Shown piece by piece: positions 45,838 through 56,783 of a stretch of DNA of 64,000 nt. The notes under the pieces are model-generated. The model made no database searches. It was not told the DNA's origin and was given only the letters and a program-made list of their open reading frames with translations. The stretch lies in contig NIVC01000162.1 of NCBI GenBank assembly GCA_002269645.1, positions 310,001 to 374,000 of the forward strand, given 5' to 3'. This DNA is from Macrostomum lignano (lineage: Eukaryota). Positions within the stretch are counted from its first letter, which is position 1; each line of letters begins with the position of its first letter. A program made the position numbers and the translations under genes.

Positions 45838-47283
45838 TTAATTGGGAGTTTTTGGTAGGCCATCATCAAAGAGACAGTTAGGGTTAAGCCTAAAGGGTTA
45901 AACCCATGGCTTAAAGGGAGGCTTTGATCCCAAAGCTCACGTGGTGCTGATATTTTCGGCTAGATTGCTGGCTTTCGGGGCCTGATACTGTTTTTGCTTT
46001 AAGCATCATTTTCCCTAAGATACTAACAATTACAAAACCTACATTTAGTTTATAAAAAATGCTTTTATTCCTTTCTTTCTTGCTTCCCCACGGGGGCGTA
46101 GATTGCTAGTTCCATCTAAAATTTCGATAATGCATCAAAACAGCAAAGGAAATGAAGCATCTCTCAGCGGTAAAAGGTGTGAAAATGGTTAAATTCCTGG
46201 ATTCAGCTAAAGACGCCAAATCAACGTTTTTCTTTTTCTATCGATTCCGCACGTCAATAGAAGAATGAAGCTTTTGTTTCGAAAACAAACAGGCTTTTCT
46301 GAACAATTGACGTGTTGGTGATGCGCCATGCGTTTTACAATAGGGCAACAGCTCAATTTGAATGGGGCAACTCAATAGGTTTTCCTTCTCGAAAAGGCTG
46401 CACGAATGATCAGGCGCACTGGATATTTAAGAAATAAAATTTTCAGAATCTTTAAAACCCTTCAGTGCTTTTGTTTACATATGGGAAAAGTGAACAGTTT
46501 TTTTGCATGCTTTCCATGCATGTTCTTTTCCGGTCGCGATTGCGTAACACAAGCGTAACATTATTCTTTTCAATTTCAGCAGCCGTAAGATTATCATAAG
46601 ACTGCTGGCTTCAGGATATTTCAGAATCTGAACCACCGGTGATCTGCATCAAAATGGAACAGTAACTCTTTGGTCTGATGGGACTATAGACAATCTGTGA
46701 CAAAAAGTATGAAGTAAAATCTAGGTTGCATCATAGATAGGAACTTCAAAGGATAAAACCAGTGATAAGACCAGTTCTAAGCCATCCTAAGTCTTAAAGA
46801 CAAAAAATTGTCTACACGAGCTTGCAGAAGAAGCTTTACTAACTCGTATGTTTCAAAGCAGACTTAATCTTCTTACTAAGTGCTGTTTCCAGATGCGTAG
46901 ATAAATACAAAATATATTAATATGGGCTGCATAAGGCAGTAATACACCAATATGGAAGGCTTGCGGAGGCTGAAACCAGCTGAAACGTCGAGACACATAG
47001 AGCCACTCCCTGCTCTCCGGCTGCTGAAGTCAGTGCCTCAACTGGTAACCCATTATATTCTTTCATTCATGCAAAAAACAGCTTTCTGTCACTTCTGCTT
47101 TGTCTACAACTCATTAACATGCAGCAGCCAAAGGAACCCGAAAATTTCTGAGCATCAGGGCGGCTGCCTTTCAACCTTTTGACTCCCCAGACCTAATGAC
47201 AGAAGACTGCGAGCGTATTTCATCTGCCCAACAATCAGGAAAAAATCTGACAGCATTTCCACCCAGATGGAGTGGGATAAAGC

Positions 47284-47999
47284 CTGCCTCCTCCTTCATC
47301 CGGGTGCCTCAGCCTTCATCCGGGTGCCTCTACCTTCATCCGGGTGCCTCCTCCTTCATCCGGGTGCCTCTACCTTCATCCGGGTGCCTCCTCCTTCATC
47401 CGGGTGCCTCCTCCTTCATCCGGGTGCCTCAGCCTTCATCCGGATGCCTCTACCTTCATCCGGGTGCCTCCTCCTTCATCCGGGTGCCTCTACCTTCATC
47501 CGGGTGCCTCTGCCTTCATCCGGGTGCCTCAGCCTTCATCAGAGTGCCTCCTCCTTCATCCGGGTGCCTCTGCCTTCATCTGGGTGCCTCTACCTTCATC
47601 CGGGTGCCTCCTCCTTCATCCGGGTGCCTCAGCCTTCATCCGGATGCCTCTACCTTCATCCGGGTGCCTCCTCCTTCATCCGGGTGCCTCCTCCTTCATC
47701 CGGGTGCCTCTACCTTCATCCGGGTGCCTCTGCCTTCATCCGGGTGCCTCAGCCTTCATCAGAGTGCCTCCTTCTTCATCCGGGTGCCTCTGCCTTCATC
47801 CGGGTGCCTCTACCTTCATCCGGGTGCCTCCTCCTTCATCCGGGTGCCTCAGCCTTCATCCGGATGCCTCTACCTTCATCCGGGTGCCTCCTCCTTCATC
47901 CGGGTGCCTCTGCCTTCATCTGGGTGCCTCTACCTTCATCCAGGTGCCTCTGCCTTCATCCGGGTGCCTCAGCCTTCATCCGGGTGCCTCTGCCTTCAT
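47284..47999. repeat. 20-bp minisatellite, ~36 copies, two variable positions per unit
   Basis: Unit ccttcatccgggtgcctcNN. Confidence 0.97.
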
Positions 48000-48318
48000 G
48001 CCGCAGCAGATGACTAGGATAGGGCCATGTGGGTGCTGAAATAAGAAATGAAGAAAATGCCAAGAACATATGAAAGAAATTTCTAGGCTTTAAGCATTTG
48101 CTTTTGTATTTTTTAACCTGCCAACTGAGAAAGCGTACTGATGTTGCATGTTTTTCGAGCTTTGAGTTATTTCAATCTTTTCGATTTCTGCGGATTGTTG
48201 AATGAAATGACAACAAAAACAGGTATCAGTAGCCATTAGGTAAAGTTGCCCTTGTCAGTCAGAAACCTCATGAAGTCCATTTTGTTCTAAGTCAAGCCTG
48301 CAGCTTCAGTCTTGTAAC

Positions 48319-49398
48319 TCAAGGTCGATAGTCAGCACTGCGACGCAACAGCACGGCTCTTCGAAACTGACGATTTCGGCGTAGCAGCACGAAGAAGCCG
48401 GTGCACTGGTTGAAGAGGCCAGTCACCGAGCTGCAAAACAGCATATTCACCACCAGGGATATGTAGTCCATGTTTTCAGCCACGTTCACTAGGCGGGCCG
48501 CCAGCTCAGCCCAGAGGCGGAACACAAGCATCGGAACGTTGAGAACCAGGTAGATAACGCTCATAATCATGACCACTAGAACTCCAGAGATCTCCGAGGT
48601 AGTCAGCTGTTGCTGCTGCTGTTGAGCCGCCGACAAAGACCGACGATTTCGGATTGATTGGATAACCCGCCGGAGCAGGAAACAGTTGAGAGCCAGGATA
48701 GTCAGGATGAGCAGCAGTGGCGGGTTGGTGAGCAAGATGGTGTACGGCATCATGAACAGCTGCGAGTTGGCGATTCGGTAGCAGTAGATGGCTGCCACCC
48801 CATTGCCCAGCGGCACTTGCAAGTAGCCCATCAGGAAAACGTTCGGCAGGGCGATCACAGCGGACAGAACGAATGTTCCAGCCAGAGCCCTCGCCGCCCA
48901 GCGCAGCCCGACCTTCTTCATGGCCAGCGGTCGGTGTACAACCAGCACTCGGTCAGTGACCAGCACCAGCAGCCACATGCAGGACAGCACGTGGCAGAAG
49001 TTCAGAGCGTATCGAGACACCTTGCACATGGCGTCGCTCAGGTTGTAGCTGAAAAATCCGAATTGGCCTCTGGTAAGCCAGGGTAGCCCCTTAGTGAGAA
49101 ACCCGTTGAAGACTCCGATCACGACGAGGCTGAGAATGTCAGCGATAGCGTTGAAGCTCAGGTACAGATTCTGGCGAGTGAGGTGCCTCAGACGGTTCAA
49201 CATGACGTGGACCACGATGATGTTGCCCACGAGTCCAGTGACGAAGATCGCTGGCAGTAGGATGCCAGACAGGATGCCCATCACGTTTGACACGGCGCAG
49301 TACAGTTTCCGGGACGGATCGCCGCTCATACAATCCCTTACCATCAACATGGCGTTGTCACCGAATACAACTCGCCTCACTTTTTGAGTGGCATTCAT
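48319..49398 (-). CDS. Intronless class A orphan GPCR, paralog 3, 359 aa
   Basis: Same 7TM motifs; short poly-Q in ICL3. Confidence 0.9.
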   Translation of the reverse strand: MNATQKVRRVVFGDNAMLMVRDCMSGDPSRKLYCAVSNVMGILSGILLPAIFVTGLVGNIIVVHVMLNRLRHLTRQNLYLSFNAIADILSLVVIGVFNGFLTKGLPWLTRGQFGFFSYNLSDAMCKVSRYALNFCHVLSCMWLLVLVTDRVLVVHRPLAMKKVGLRWAARALAGTFVLSAVIALPNVFLMGYLQVPLGNGVAAIYCYRIANSQLFMMPYTILLTNPPLLLILTILALNCFLLRRVIQSIRNRRSLSAAQQQQQQLTTSEISGVLVVMIMSVIYLVLNVPMLVFRLWAELAARLVNVAENMDYISLVVNMLFCSSVTGLFNQCTGFFVLLRRNRQFRRAVLLRRSADYRP

Positions 49399-50825
49399 CG
49401 CTAAGATATCTCTTTTGGGTTGCGTTTGGTGTTTAATGCTTGTGATACCTTGCTATGTAATTTAAAAGAGTATTGAACAGAATTCCGCAAACAGCTTACT
49501 GGAGTAAATTTTACGCAAAATTACTGGTCGATTTTAATTGGTCTGAAATTCTGATTGGTTCTTGCTTTGAATTGTCATTTGCCTGCAACTTACTCTCTTA
49601 TACATGTAAATGACACTTTTTCATCAGCGAAAGGGTGGTTTATATTTCTTGTGTATTATCCACATCTAAAACTTGCTGTTCAGTGCTAACAGGAATTTTC
49701 CCGAATTTTTTATATCGTCAGGTCAGACAAACATCACAGAAAGACATGCATTGCATTGCATTTCCATGGAAACATTTTGGGTTTTGACGTGAAATTATTT
49801 CCACGAAATTATTAGTTAACCTCTGGTTCCATGGTTTTCTTTTTTGTCCATTAATCTGGAAGTTTTCGGGCGAAGATAGGCGTACGAACTTTTTAGAAGA
49901 TAGGAGGATGTGAGGCCGTTGTCACCAGGGCGTTCTTATAAAGTAATACTAAGATTTTTTACCATTTTCTAAAGAGCTACGTATAAAAATTTATAAACGA
50001 TAAACAAAAACTAATTGTTAGTCAGTCGTGAATAAAATTACCTTTTTGAATAAAATTATTCAATTCAACAAAAAAATCTAAATCTTTTGTTTAAACCAGA
50101 GATAAATAAAATTTGTATCGAATCCCGGAGACTCTTTTTACTACTACTACATTATATCCGAAGTAGCCTAGGCCCTACCAAAACTTCCATAGGATAGTCT
50201 GAATTTTTCCAAAATTGTGTCTTCGCTGTATATCAGGAGGAACCGTTAATTAAAAAATATAACATCTCTAGGCTAAGGCTTGGCTGTGTTAATGTATGTT
50301 GGCAAATTTCTGTTTGCAGAAAAAGTAGGTCTAGTCTAGGGCTAGCCGGCTAGGCCTAGCTAGGGCCGGGGGCCTATATTTATAATTTATCTTATGCTCA
50401 AATTAGCGACTCTACATCTAGAAAGTTCAGAAGTTTCTAAATATTGAAGCTTATTTTAGATTAAGCCTGTACTTATACAGTGGCATGTTATTTGTTATTT
50501 TTTATTGTTTACTTTATTGGGCAAGTAAAAAAATAGTAAGAATATAGTTAAGTAAAAGTTCTTGTTAAAGCAAATTAACTTTTAACTAATAATAGAAATT
50601 TTAAAAGTAACTTTTGTAATTTATAAAATAACTTTATATAACTTTATATTATAACTTTAAAGCAGCCTTTAGGCCTATAAAGAGTTATAAAGACTTAGGC
50701 ATAGTCTTTGTTTTTTTAAATGCAGAAAACCAAATTAGGCCCCAGGGCCCTAGGGCCTAAGTAAATTTGTTCTTTTCCTTATTTACTTTTTTAAGCCTAG
50801 CCCTAGCTATCCCAATTGTCAATGA

Positions 50826-51244
50826 GGCGCATGACCAAGACCGCCACATACCAAGACCGCCACAGCTCTTACTGACTATTGGAATTGAGAGGAAGCTACC
50901 AATCTTTCAGCATTGCTATTGGTTATGATGGGTTGTGGAGTTAGATAAGGAGGAAGTGTCCTAAGATTGGTCACTAATAAGATGAATAAGTGGCCCAAAA
51001 TGATTGCAAGTCAACCAGGGCAATTTTAACAATTCAAATTAAATGAAAAAAACAAGGAGCCTGGCTCACTCACCTACCTAGCCAGGCTAGCCTGCTCACC
51101 AGTTCTTCTCTCGTGGCCTTGTCTTGCTGGCTCTCCCTATCTTACCCCTCCTTAGCCCCATCCAATAACATGGCGAGCCAAATTCCTCCCTCCTAGCTCC
51201 CCCAAGTGTGGCGGTCTTGGTGTGTGGCGGTCTTGGTCCTACAC
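50826..51244. mobile_element. 419-bp MITE with 9-bp TSD (Mutator/MULE-like)
   Basis: TSD TGTCAATGA at 50817-50825 and 51245-51253; TIRs built from doubled accaagaccgccaca motifs, imperfect at the extreme ends. Confidence 0.85.
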
Positions 51245-51478
51245 TGTCAATGATCCTATCATAAGTATAAAGACATTAACCCATTCTATAAAACTTTTTA
51301 AAGTCACATTGTATGATCTAACTTATGTATAAAAGTTGAAAACCATCTTGATTCTCAAAATGTTTTAAGTACATTCAATGAAACTTTTGTAGATGCATTG
51401 TAACTTACAAAGTAACTATTAATCAATCAAACTTGAGTTTGAGAATTCAGGCTTGACTTTTCCTGTGCCTTGTTGGAA

Positions 51479-51747
51479 CCCCTATTGCAGCCAAGGTCTG
51501 AACCGCGCCGGACGCCCCCCTTTCCCGCGCCAGACATCTACCCGTACTGCGCCAGGGCCAGTCCCCAGGATCAGTGATTTGGTTCAATTAGTCAGTCAAT
51601 GGCTCGCCGCGCGCTGCGCGCCGCCGCCACACACCACGCCACTGCGCGCCGCCGCCACGCGCCGCGCCGCCGCCGCGCGCCGCGCCGCCACCAGTCCAAT
51701 CCGCGCCGGACGCCGTCCACGAAAATGGCCATTGGCTGCAATAGGGG
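51479..51747. mobile_element. 269-bp GC-rich MITE, 16-bp perfect TIR
   Basis: CCCCTATTGCAGCCAA (51479-51494) / TTGGCTGCAATAGGGG (51732-51747), flanked on both sides by TTGGAA. Confidence 0.85.
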
Positions 51748-52023
51748 TTGGAACTGATTTTTATTTAAACTTATTTGTAAAGATTCACATTGTACTTATA
51801 AATTAAAATAAGACAAAATCCTCCTTATTTATCAATAGGCCTAGCATCAGCAATATAAGTTATAACCCATGGCAATTTTGTCCGCTAATATACAATATAT
51901 ATATAATTTTTATCTAATACACACCCTTTGATTTCCCATTAATGCCCTTAAAGCATGGGTATTACTATTATTGTGCCATAGACATTTGTGTCCTTGACAA
52001 AGTGGGACAAAATTAGCAGGTAG

Positions 52024-52192
52024 TTAATGACATTAACTGCCCGCTAATTTGCATTAAAGTAAGTTTGGCAAAGATAATCGGGCGTTTAATGTCATTAACT
52101 GCCCGCTAATTTGCATTAAAGTAAGTTTGGCAAAGATAATCGGGCGTTTAATGTCATTAACTGCCCGCTAATTTGCATTAAAGTAAGTTTGA
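52024..52192. repeat. 62-bp tandem repeat, ~2.7 copies, each with octamer ATTTGCAT
   Basis: Unit ttaatgtcattaactgcccgctaatttgcattaaagtaagtttggcaaagataatcgggcgt. Confidence 0.9.
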
Positions 52193-52890
52193 CTCTTGTA
52201 AGCAGGCTTAAATGTATTCTATGGCATTAAAAGGCAAGAATAAGTGCCCAGCAGGCACAAAGGTCATGGTACAATTGGCACTTTCACCCATATTAGTGCC
52301 TTTAATGCTGTTTTATCAGTGTCCAGAGTTGTGACTAAAGTTTGCCTTTTGCTTCAGGACATGGTACCCATTTTTTGAAAAGGCATTTTTTGACATTTCT
52401 GGAATGCTTCAGGTGCTTCAAGCCATAGACTGCATGCATATCTGTATCTGGCACCCTAACAATGATAGTGGAATCTTCATTAATAGAAAGAGATATCACT
52501 TAATCAATGTTCAGTTGCTGAGAGTTGCTGAGATGCCATGGCTCAAGGGGAGTTGCTGAGATGCCATTGCTCAATTAGGGAGATGCTGAGATGCCATGGC
52601 TCAATGGGGATGCTAATATCTAGATATCTTAAACTAGAAAATGCTGTCAAGTGCAATGCCTTTTGTATTAGACATCTAAATACAATTATCAACTGTATTG
52701 TTGTTGAAAAATTTAAACTGTTCGAATTAAAGTGAAAAGAAATTGCTTCTTTTATTGAGTAGAGTAGGCCTATAAATGTCTTTTGGGTATAAGAAAGTTG
52801 TAATGCAGTTGATCTAAGCATATATGCAGTAAAAAATCTTGTTGCTAGTGTGTTTGCAAGAAATCCAATCCAAACTGCCACATCTTGCAG

Positions 52891-54054
52891 ACTGACCAAC
52901 CGCCACCCAGTCCGCCCTCATCGGGTGTCGGCAGCGGCGACCTCCAGCGTCGACCAGCCGGCAGCTCCGACAGTTTCCAGCATCCGTTTTTACCGCCGCA
53001 GCCGCCAGCTGCAGGGCTGGCCAGCGGCGGCATCGGCGGCTCTTCCGACCCCCTGCTGGGCCCCCTGCCGCCGCCCGTGCCGCCGCGGTCTGCCGCCGCC
53101 GCCAGTCCCGCCCTAGCAACCGGCTACTCGCCATTCGGCTATGGCGGCTTTGGCGCCGCCTCGGCCATGCCTTTCCTGCACAGTGGCTTCGGCGGTCTTG
53201 GCGGCGGCGGCGGCTTCGGCGGTCTTGGCGGCGGCGGCGGCGTCGGCGGTCTCGCTGGAGCGGCTGGCGGCGTCGGCCTGACCCAGCAGATGGAGGCCAG
53301 CCTCCGGCCGGCCTTCGAATCGCTGCACGCGGTCGTGTCCACCGTGTCGTCGGTGGCCGTCATGCTGGAGAGCTGCTACTTTGCCCTCAGCCAGTCTGTG
53401 CGCGCCCTGGCCGCGCTGGGCGACCAGTTTGGCCGGGCCGGTGCCGCTGTGCGCGCCCTGCTTGGTAGCGGCGTGCGGCGCCTGTGGCGTCTCATCAGCT
53501 TGGCGCTGTACGCGGCCGGCCTGACGGAGCGTCTGCCCGCGGCTCCGATCGCCTCGTCGGTCGGCGCTGCCGCCTCTCCCTCCGTTGCTGCCGCCGGACA
53601 GTCTGCAGGCGGCAGCGTCGGCGGCGGCAGCGGCGGCCGGACTCTGCTGTTCCTGGCCGCGGCCATGGCCGGCCCGCTGCTGCTGCTCCGCTTGGCCGCT
53701 GGCGCCAGCAGCCAGACATTGGCGGCGGCGGCTTTGGCCGACAACAATGACCCGTCGACTGCGTGGAGTCGCGGCGAAGGCGAGCACTACACGGCTAGGG
53801 CCCTGTACAGCTTCAACAGGACCGCCGCTGACGAGCTGACTGTTCAGGCCGGCGACCGATTGCTGGTGGCGCCGAAGCGGCTGCAGCCGGACGTGCCAAA
53901 CTGGCTGCTGGCCGCCTGCCCGGCTACCCGCGCCTCCGGCCTGGTGCCCGCCGCCTACGTCAAGGTGCTGTCCGCTGTGCGGCCTGCACCGCCGCCGCCG
54001 CCTCAGTCGAAGCCACCCTCAGATTGCGAAGACAAGGACGCCAAGATTGTGTAG
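52891..54054 (+). CDS. PEX13: Peroxin-13 (peroxisomal docking/translocon protein); 5' start not encoded locally
   Basis: Pro/Gly-rich N-terminus; Peroxin-13_N-like AFESLHAVVSTVSSVAVMLESCYFALSQSVRA; TM segment; C-terminal SH3 ARALYSF...DEL...GDRL..APK.LQP...WLLA...GLVPAAYVKVL. Acceptor ttgcag at 52885-52890; in-frame stop at 52846-52848; first in-frame ATG at 53167. Confidence 0.9.
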   Translation, partial: TDQPPPSPPSSGVGSGDLQRRPAGSSDSFQHPFLPPQPPAAGLASGGIGGSSDPLLGPLPPPVPPRSAAAASPALATGYSPFGYGGFGAASAMPFLHSGFGGLGGGGGFGGLGGGGGVGGLAGAAGGVGLTQQMEASLRPAFESLHAVVSTVSSVAVMLESCYFALSQSVRALAALGDQFGRAGAAVRALLGSGVRRLWRLISLALYAAGLTERLPAAPIASSVGAAASPSVAAAGQSAGGSVGGGSGGRTLLFLAAAMAGPLLLLRLAAGASSQTLAAAALADNNDPSTAWSRGEGEHYTARALYSFNRTAADELTVQAGDRLLVAPKRLQPDVPNWLLAACPATRASGLVPAAYVKVLSAVRPAPPPPPQSKPPSDCEDKDAKIV

Positions 54055-54231
54055 ATTCTCCCTAATAACTCTTCCCCTTTTGATTCTCTTCTCTGTTTGA
54101 TTCCCCAATATTTTCTTCTCTCATGTTCTGATTGGCTTCGTTAGTTTTTTTATTAATTGACTTAATTCACAAAAGGAGGGAGATCCAATATGCATATTTA
54201 GGTATATGTCCTTTCCTATACTCGTAGCTCT

Positions 54232-54474
54232 ATTGCTATTCATAAAGCTTTTCGTTTAGTAAATTAGGATTCTTTTGTTAATTTTATAGCCTACGTACAA
54301 TTGCGCATGTCTTGTGCCTAAAGATCATATAAATGTATGGAACAGCTTGACTTATTGGCTTCCGTATGAATCTGTTTTATGATTGTTAGGCACAGGACAT
54401 GTGCAATTGTACGTAGGCTATAAAATTAACAAAAATACTAATTTTCTAAACATAAAGCTCTAATGAATATCAAT
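54232..54474. mobile_element. Palindromic AT-rich MITE-like element with ~90-bp arms
   Basis: gttaattttatagcctacgtacaattgcgcatgtcttgtgcctaa (54277-54321) is inverted at 54386-54430 with 2 mismatches, and similarity extends outward. Same family as the copy at 1-170. Confidence 0.75.
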
Positions 54475-56066
54475 TTGTCTCCCGCTGATCAATACTGATA
54501 ATGGATCTTCAAAGTTCTGTTAAACCTTTCATATTTTAATCTTTAAGTCCACGAGATTGTGTAATTTTTATTTTCTATAATCTGTGTGGCTCCTGCCCGC
54601 TTTTATCATAATTCCATATCCGTCATTGCATGGCGCTTGCCTGAAGCATTATGATAACACGAGCTATGCGTGTTCCTGTCTATCGCTTAGTGAATAAAGT
54701 GAGACCAAAACCGTGTAATGCATTGACATTGCTATTCGATTACTGAATATAGTAATCAAATATAACATTGAATATTCACTGTTGAGTTATTTTACTGCTC
54801 TAATGAGCTTAAAATCTTCTTGGAAAGTGTTTTGGATTCTGTTTTTAAAGTCAGTTTTTTTTACTTATTATATGTATTGTAACGATATTTTAATATACAT
54901 GTATAAAACTATATACGCTGCTTTGGGAAGATCTATTTATGAAAAAAATTACTTTACATTTACCTAAAGGTAGTAGATGCTATTCGTACGGCAGTCTTGT
55001 TTAAAAATGGAAAATTCAGATTTAAAACATTCACATAGTTTTTACGAGCGTATTTTATAATTACGAACTACTTCGAGAAACTATAGGGAACTTCTCGGTG
55101 TTAAAAAGCTCACCTTTATTAGACAAGCGGGTTTAACGATATACTTGATGCATGATGGAGGATAATGATGGAGGAGTGAAGATGGACTGTTTGAGAGACT
55201 AGCTGAGGATGTCCAGCAGTTGAAGTTTTGCTGACCATCGAGAGGCTTGATCAGCGAAACTCTAGAAATTTGCAACAGGGTGTCCATAGTCACCTTGTGC
55301 CACAGTTTTAGAAGGTTCAGAAGTTCCGTCAGGGTGAAGGCCAGTAACTATCGAAGTCTCAACGAAGTCAGCTGGTGCAGACGCGTGGTAGAATCTTTGA
55401 ATATCTCGACGGTCCGGAGCGCTGACGACTTGATTCTTGTTTGAGAAGGTGCACATGTACACAAAGCTAGCCCCTGTTCTGGAATTCCAGCGCAGCAAAA
55501 ATATATTAGTTCCTTGTTAATATTCTTTATCAACGTAATGTACGCTTAAAAGAAGAAAAATAATACTCGTCAAGCAAAAATTTAATCCAGAGGGCTTTTT
55601 ACAAAATAGAGTATAACACTTAGCAGAGCTGATGTGACAAATCGTCACCATAGGCACTATTAAAAGTTATTATAAATTATTAAATTCAATAATAAGAATA
55701 ATTATTATTATTATAAATAAGAATTTATCATCATTGTTAATATTATTATTAATATTAATAATAATTTAATTTATTATTACACTTATTATATTCGATGGTC
55801 TTTTTACACTGCAATCAAGATACTTGTTTAAAAGTTCCCATTCCAAGTTTCAATTTAATTTTGTCTTTCAAGCGTTCATCAAGAGAAAAGTCAAGGTAAT
55901 ACTATTATTGCATTTATATAATTTATGGTTACAGAGTTGACGGGTTTTGTATTTTACGTTTTCGTAAAATTCCAAGGAGATATTTACAAACAGTAGATTT
56001 AACGTGTGATTTTTCTTTATTTTCGACATCTAGCTTTTTTATTTGAAATGCGTGTTCTGAGTAGAC

Positions 56067-56783
56067 ATGGCGGATTCTGATGATGACGACTATAAGCCCA
56101 GTGTGCAATTGAAGATTGTTGTCGTTGGCGATGGATCTTCAGGAAAGACATCACTGACTTGCAGATATGCGCAGGATTTGTTCGGTAAAGACTATCGTCA
56201 AACGATAGGTGTTGACTTTTTCATGAAAAAAATCGTTCTACCTGGAAATACCGAAGTAACACTCCAAGTTTGGGACATCGGAGGCCAAACACTCGGTGGC
56301 AGTATGCTAGATAAGTACTTATACAACGCAGATGGAGTCGTCCTGGTGTACGACATTACAAACTTTTCCAGTTTCGAAAACCTGGAGGATTGGCTCACCT
56401 CTGCAAAGAAAATGATTGACCCGTCAAAAAATCCACACTTTGCTCTGGTCGGCAATAAAATGGACTTGGAGCATCTGCGAACAGTCAAAGCGGATCGGCA
56501 CGAGAAGCTCTGCCAAGAAAAGAATCTGTCTAGTCATTTCACATCTGCCAAGACCGGCGACTCTGTCAACGCCATGTTTATGAAGGTGGCCGCTGCAATC
56601 CTGAAGATCACCCTGCGTCAGAACGACATCGATCAGCAGAAGGGAGTTGTCAAAGCCGAAATTGGAAACGCGGCGTCGCGCAGCTCAGCTGGACAAGGCG
56701 CCACTCCAAGTCGCCCTTCTAACTCGCAATTGTCTAACACTAATGCGAATCAAGTGCAGACCAAAGCTTGCACATTGCTATGA
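56067..56783 (+). CDS. RAB28: Ras-related protein Rab-28, intronless, 238 aa
   Basis: [31 protein letters not shown] (the GGQ in G3 is typical of Rab28), GNKMDL, SAKTG, VVKAEI; C-terminal CaaX (CTLL). Confidence 0.95.
   Translation: MADSDDDDYKPSVQLKIVVVGDGSSGKTSLTCRYAQDLFGKDYRQTIGVDFFMKKIVLPGNTEVTLQVWDIGGQTLGGSMLDKYLYNADGVVLVYDITNFSSFENLEDWLTSAKKMIDPSKNPHFALVGNKMDLEHLRTVKADRHEKLCQEKNLSSHFTSAKTGDSVNAMFMKVAAAILKITLRQNDIDQQKGVVKAEIGNAASRSSAGQGATPSRPSNSQLSNTNANQVQTKACTLL

Noticed and set aside
51170-51196. ATG GCG AGC CAA ATT CCT CCC (MASQIPPS), resembling the PEX13 N-terminus
   Set aside because: A stop follows at codon 9 before any donor, and it lies inside the TSD-bounded MITE; probably coincidence.
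55150-55500. GC-richer island between PEX13 and RAB28 with several short ORFs
   Set aside because: All frames are interrupted and I recognise no motif; it may be a decayed element or pseudogene and needs BLASTx.
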